64,000 nt of DNA, taken from the NCBI RefSeq assembly GCF_009914755.1, contig NC_060925.1; one strand, given 5' to 3'. The DNA comes from the human T2T-CHM13v2.0 reference genome, Homo sapiens. The position numbers and the translations under genes were made by a program. Position 1 is the stretch's first letter; the number at the start of each line of letters is the position of its first letter. Positions 60,001 to 64,000 of this stretch are shown here, piece by piece. Under the pieces are notes generated by a model. The model searched no databases and had not been told where the DNA came from. It saw only the letters and a program-made list of their open reading frames with translations.

Positions 60001-60894
60001 TTTCCTGCCTGATTTCAGAACCAGTGGAGAGAAAAATAAAAAAGACAGATAGTTGGAGATAAAAACATACCTCTATCTCAAAATTAGTAATGAAAGCTGA
60101 ATTGGAAGTTTACATCTGAGTCAATAATGAGCTTGCTTCTATTTAGTTCCATCATTAAATCTACCCCCTGTCAGGGACAGCGGAGGAAAACTAGGCCTAT
60201 CCCTGTAAATCTGAAAGGAAGTGAGAGCAAAGGATATTTGCTTCCCATAAATAGGCTGGCTTTCAAGAGGTGCGGGGAAGGGGCTAAATTAGGTTGAATC
60301 AACTCCTTTCCTGATGCACAAACTGCAAACCCACTCCTTCTTCCTTGACATACTGAAGGGCAGAGAGAAGCCCATAAAAACATGAGGAATGGGAAATATG
60401 TACTTCCCACTAACTAGATTTGTAGGGTTGGCAAGGAAGCAAGGTTAGAGGAGAGTTTTAGAATGGTAGAAGCTTGTACATGTTCGTCAGAGCTACTTGA
60501 GGGAGAAGGCCTGAAAATACAGAAGAGAAAAAAATAACCAAATAAACATGGACCCCGAAAAGGTGAAAGAGGATGCAGTGAAGATCATTACGTTGTAGGC
60601 TTAAACAAGTGGAAGAAGACCTGAACTTCTGGGTCAAGAAGGAATAAAATTAATGTAGGATCATGTAAGGATGCTTTTGTGGGAAAGGTCAGATGTTAAA
60701 GTAATTAATGTTTGAATACCTCAATATTCTGGTTGATCTTCCAGAGTAATCCTTACAAGAATGAGAGAGGGTGGAATGTTTAGTGGTACTGGGGGCCAGC
60801 TAGATTTGAAATCCACAAATAGCAGTCTGCCTGGTTATGTAATTTATTCCAGCAGTTATCAACAACCTGATATTGTAGGCATGCAGAATGATAG

Positions 60895-61390
60895 TAGTAA
60901 TAACAGCTAATATTTATTGAATGCTTACTGTGAGCCAAGTACTCTTATAAGTGCTTTACATAAATTATTTATTTTAATCCTCACATATCCTATGAGATAG
61001 ACTATTACTTCCAATTATCAATGAGGCACAAAGAGATTAATAAGTAGCCCAATATCAGTGTTAGTATTTGATGGTCTAGAACAGAGCCACATGTACAATG
61101 ACTACATGACACTGTCGCTTAGGAAAAAAAAGCTAGCATTTGTTGAGTACTTACTTTGTGTCAACCACTGTTCAAAGTGCCTTAGCTTTTGAACAGCTGA
61201 AAGGTACTAAAGATTTAGTACCTTTAATCTTTATCAACCTTATAAGGTAGTTCCATTACTATGGAGGGGAAAACAGATACAGTGAGGTTATGTAATGCAG
61301 GCTAAAATTACAAAGGTAATAAAAGGTGGAGGTGGGAATTTGGATTTTGTTAATCTGCCTCCAGAACACATGCTCATAACCACTAAGCTC
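60895..61390 (-). mobile_element. Two MIRs (~60895-61075 and ~61128-61390)
   Basis: taacagctaatatttattgaatgcttactgtgagcca...; agctagcatttgttgagtacttactttgtgtca...catgctcataaccacta. Confidence 0.8.
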
Positions 61391-61921
61391 TCCTGCATAG
61401 TTGAAATGATTCTTGTTTGGGATATGGCCCAGTGGGTATGGCAAGATGATTGATGTTAGAGCCTTGCGTGATTAACATAATCAACAATGGAACTCAGATG
61501 AGCAAGGAACTAAGTGAGGGTGAAAAGGAGACAATAGATTAGGAAAGGTTGGAAGAATCAATTGACTTGAGATCTCCAGGGAATGAACTTATGGGTAACA
61601 AGAATAAGAATATGAGATAACTAACAGACCAGAAAGTTGTGGTAAGAGGGTGAGATATTGATCTTTAAGGTTATATAATTACACAGAGCAGTCTGGATGA
61701 TGGGGATGTATGAGGTGTGGTCACCATTCCATTTATGTGAAGGTCAGTGGGCATGAAGGCATCAAAGAACTATGAGGCTATAATATTGGGATGGGTTGCC
61801 ATCTGTATATGAAATAACCTAAAATTATCCAGGAACATGCAGTAAAAAGGAAGACTGGACCATGTGCCAAAGGCTATTGTGAATATGGGGGAATAACCAG
61901 CAAGTCAGTTTATGATAACTA

Positions 61922-62506
<585 letters not shown>

Positions 62507-63834
62507 TTATAGGCAAGGAAATCAGAAGTCTTCAGAAAAGTAGTGCAGTAGTTTGAGAACGAGTATACCAAAGAATAGTTAAAAGAGAGATATTATTAAT
62601 TAATTTGGCAGAAAATTATTTGGTCATAAGCAATTTGACTAAAAAGCAAATGGATCAATAGTTGCTTGATCCAACCATCTTCTGCTGTGGATAAACTTAA
62701 GTTGCTATACTGTCCTTATTTTAAATACTACAGTAATGATAGACTGAAAGTAAATTATGTATTCGAAAGTACAAAGGAAGAACTATTTTCTCAAATTTTG
62801 AAAAATGGAAAAAATAAAGACATATACAAGCAACCCAATAGTACACCCAAAAATCCAGAGAGTAGAGCTTTTGCTCATTTTACAGATCGGTTTTTCGATC
62901 AAAATTTGTATTGACCAAATTATTTTTGCTCTAATTACTTTGTGACCAAATTATGTTACCACCAGAGAGACTTAAAGTTTGAGTGGTGATAAAAGATAAC
63001 TGGGTTGTGAAGAATAGTTATATTTTCTGGGCTTTCTACTATCAAATAGTTGAATTTTCTGGGCCTTCTACTATCAAGATCAGAACAAAATAGGAAAACA
63101 AAAGATAATCTAAAAATATACAATTTTATTGAAGGATAACATACAGAAAAGTGAAAAAAATTCTAATCACTTAGCTCAATTAATAATCACAAAATGGCAG
63201 GTATAATCTATATCTAATAGATACTTTAATAATTTTCCTGTAAGAAGCCACAAGTTTATAGAAGAAGACTATATAAGGGCTCAGTGTTCTGAAAATCTTT
63301 AACATCTGGATACAAGATTGTGGCCAGTCAGATAAGGGCAATATAGCATTTCCCCCTGAGGCATTCAACCATACTTGATGAAACCTAAAATGGCTTCTTC
63401 CTTCTTCAAAGACTGGTGGGAAATCAGTTTTTTGCAGAATCCCATATAACACTAGAAATAAAGTTTAACAAATGCCCAATTATATTATTACATTTTCTTT
63501 AACAAAAGAAAATTTTCGTTCACTTGTCTAGTTCTGTAATTCTGGAGGTTTTTCTTTCAGCACCAAATTATCTTGGAGGCTATCTTTTAAACTCAAACTA
63601 TGAAATCATTTGGAAGTCAAATCACCTGTAGAAGAATCCAAGTAAGTGAAAACACTAGGTATCCAGAGGAAAAGAGTATATAATAGAAGGTTTGTAGGAG
63701 GATGGTGGTCATAAAAACATATTTTGTGATTTTCTTCTATTTTTCTTAGGGCACACAGTCATTGTTAGTATGCCTAATAAGCCAGCTCAGAATACGTAGA
63801 AATGGTGCATAAGGGAGTCATAGTGAAGTCTAGA

Positions 63835-64000
63835 AATCACTATGGGATTTGATATCCACTTCTACTACTCTACTGAAAATAACTCTTGGTAAGGCCACCA
63901 GGAATCTCCTAAGTATAAACATGTGGGACCTCTCTGAGATCTGCACACTGCTCATCACACTTCAGTTCTCGAAACCTCCTTTGGCCTTTGTGACATTATG
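63835..64000 (+). mobile_element. L2 fragment running off the window
   Basis: actctactgaaaataactcttggtaaggccacca...ctcgaaacctcctttggcctttgtgaca. Confidence 0.65.

Overview
AT-rich, repeat-dense primate genomic DNA, almost certainly human because it carries a human-specific AluYb8/Yb9-lineage element. I found one convincing protein-coding exon, which the ORF track missed: a 124-nt internal exon at 45054-45177 (+). It encodes KALEEFAEMKEREEKKANLEREEKKRDYQARKMHYLLSTKQ, which I recognise from memory as the coiled-coil segment after the IQ motifs of SPATA17. The rest of the window would then be the two long flanking introns. These hold about 29 Alu/FLAM elements, a 5-kb twin-primed (5'-inverted) L1PA15/16-like insertion with nested THE1D, AluS and AluYb9 elements, older L1M, L2 and MIR fragments, MaLR/ERVL LTRs, hAT DNA transposons and microsatellites. 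The ORFs in the supplied track are repeat-derived or chance ORFs. I see no evidence of a new multi-gene system. The most interesting signals are a very young AluYb9, the inverted L1, candidate non-repeat cis-regulatory islands (a TALE-motif cluster, a perfect DR3, a CTCF-like site, a CpG/hairpin patch after the exon) and several local template-switch or duplication scars. Repeat subfamily names come from remembered consensus sequences, and boundaries of old repeats are approximate.
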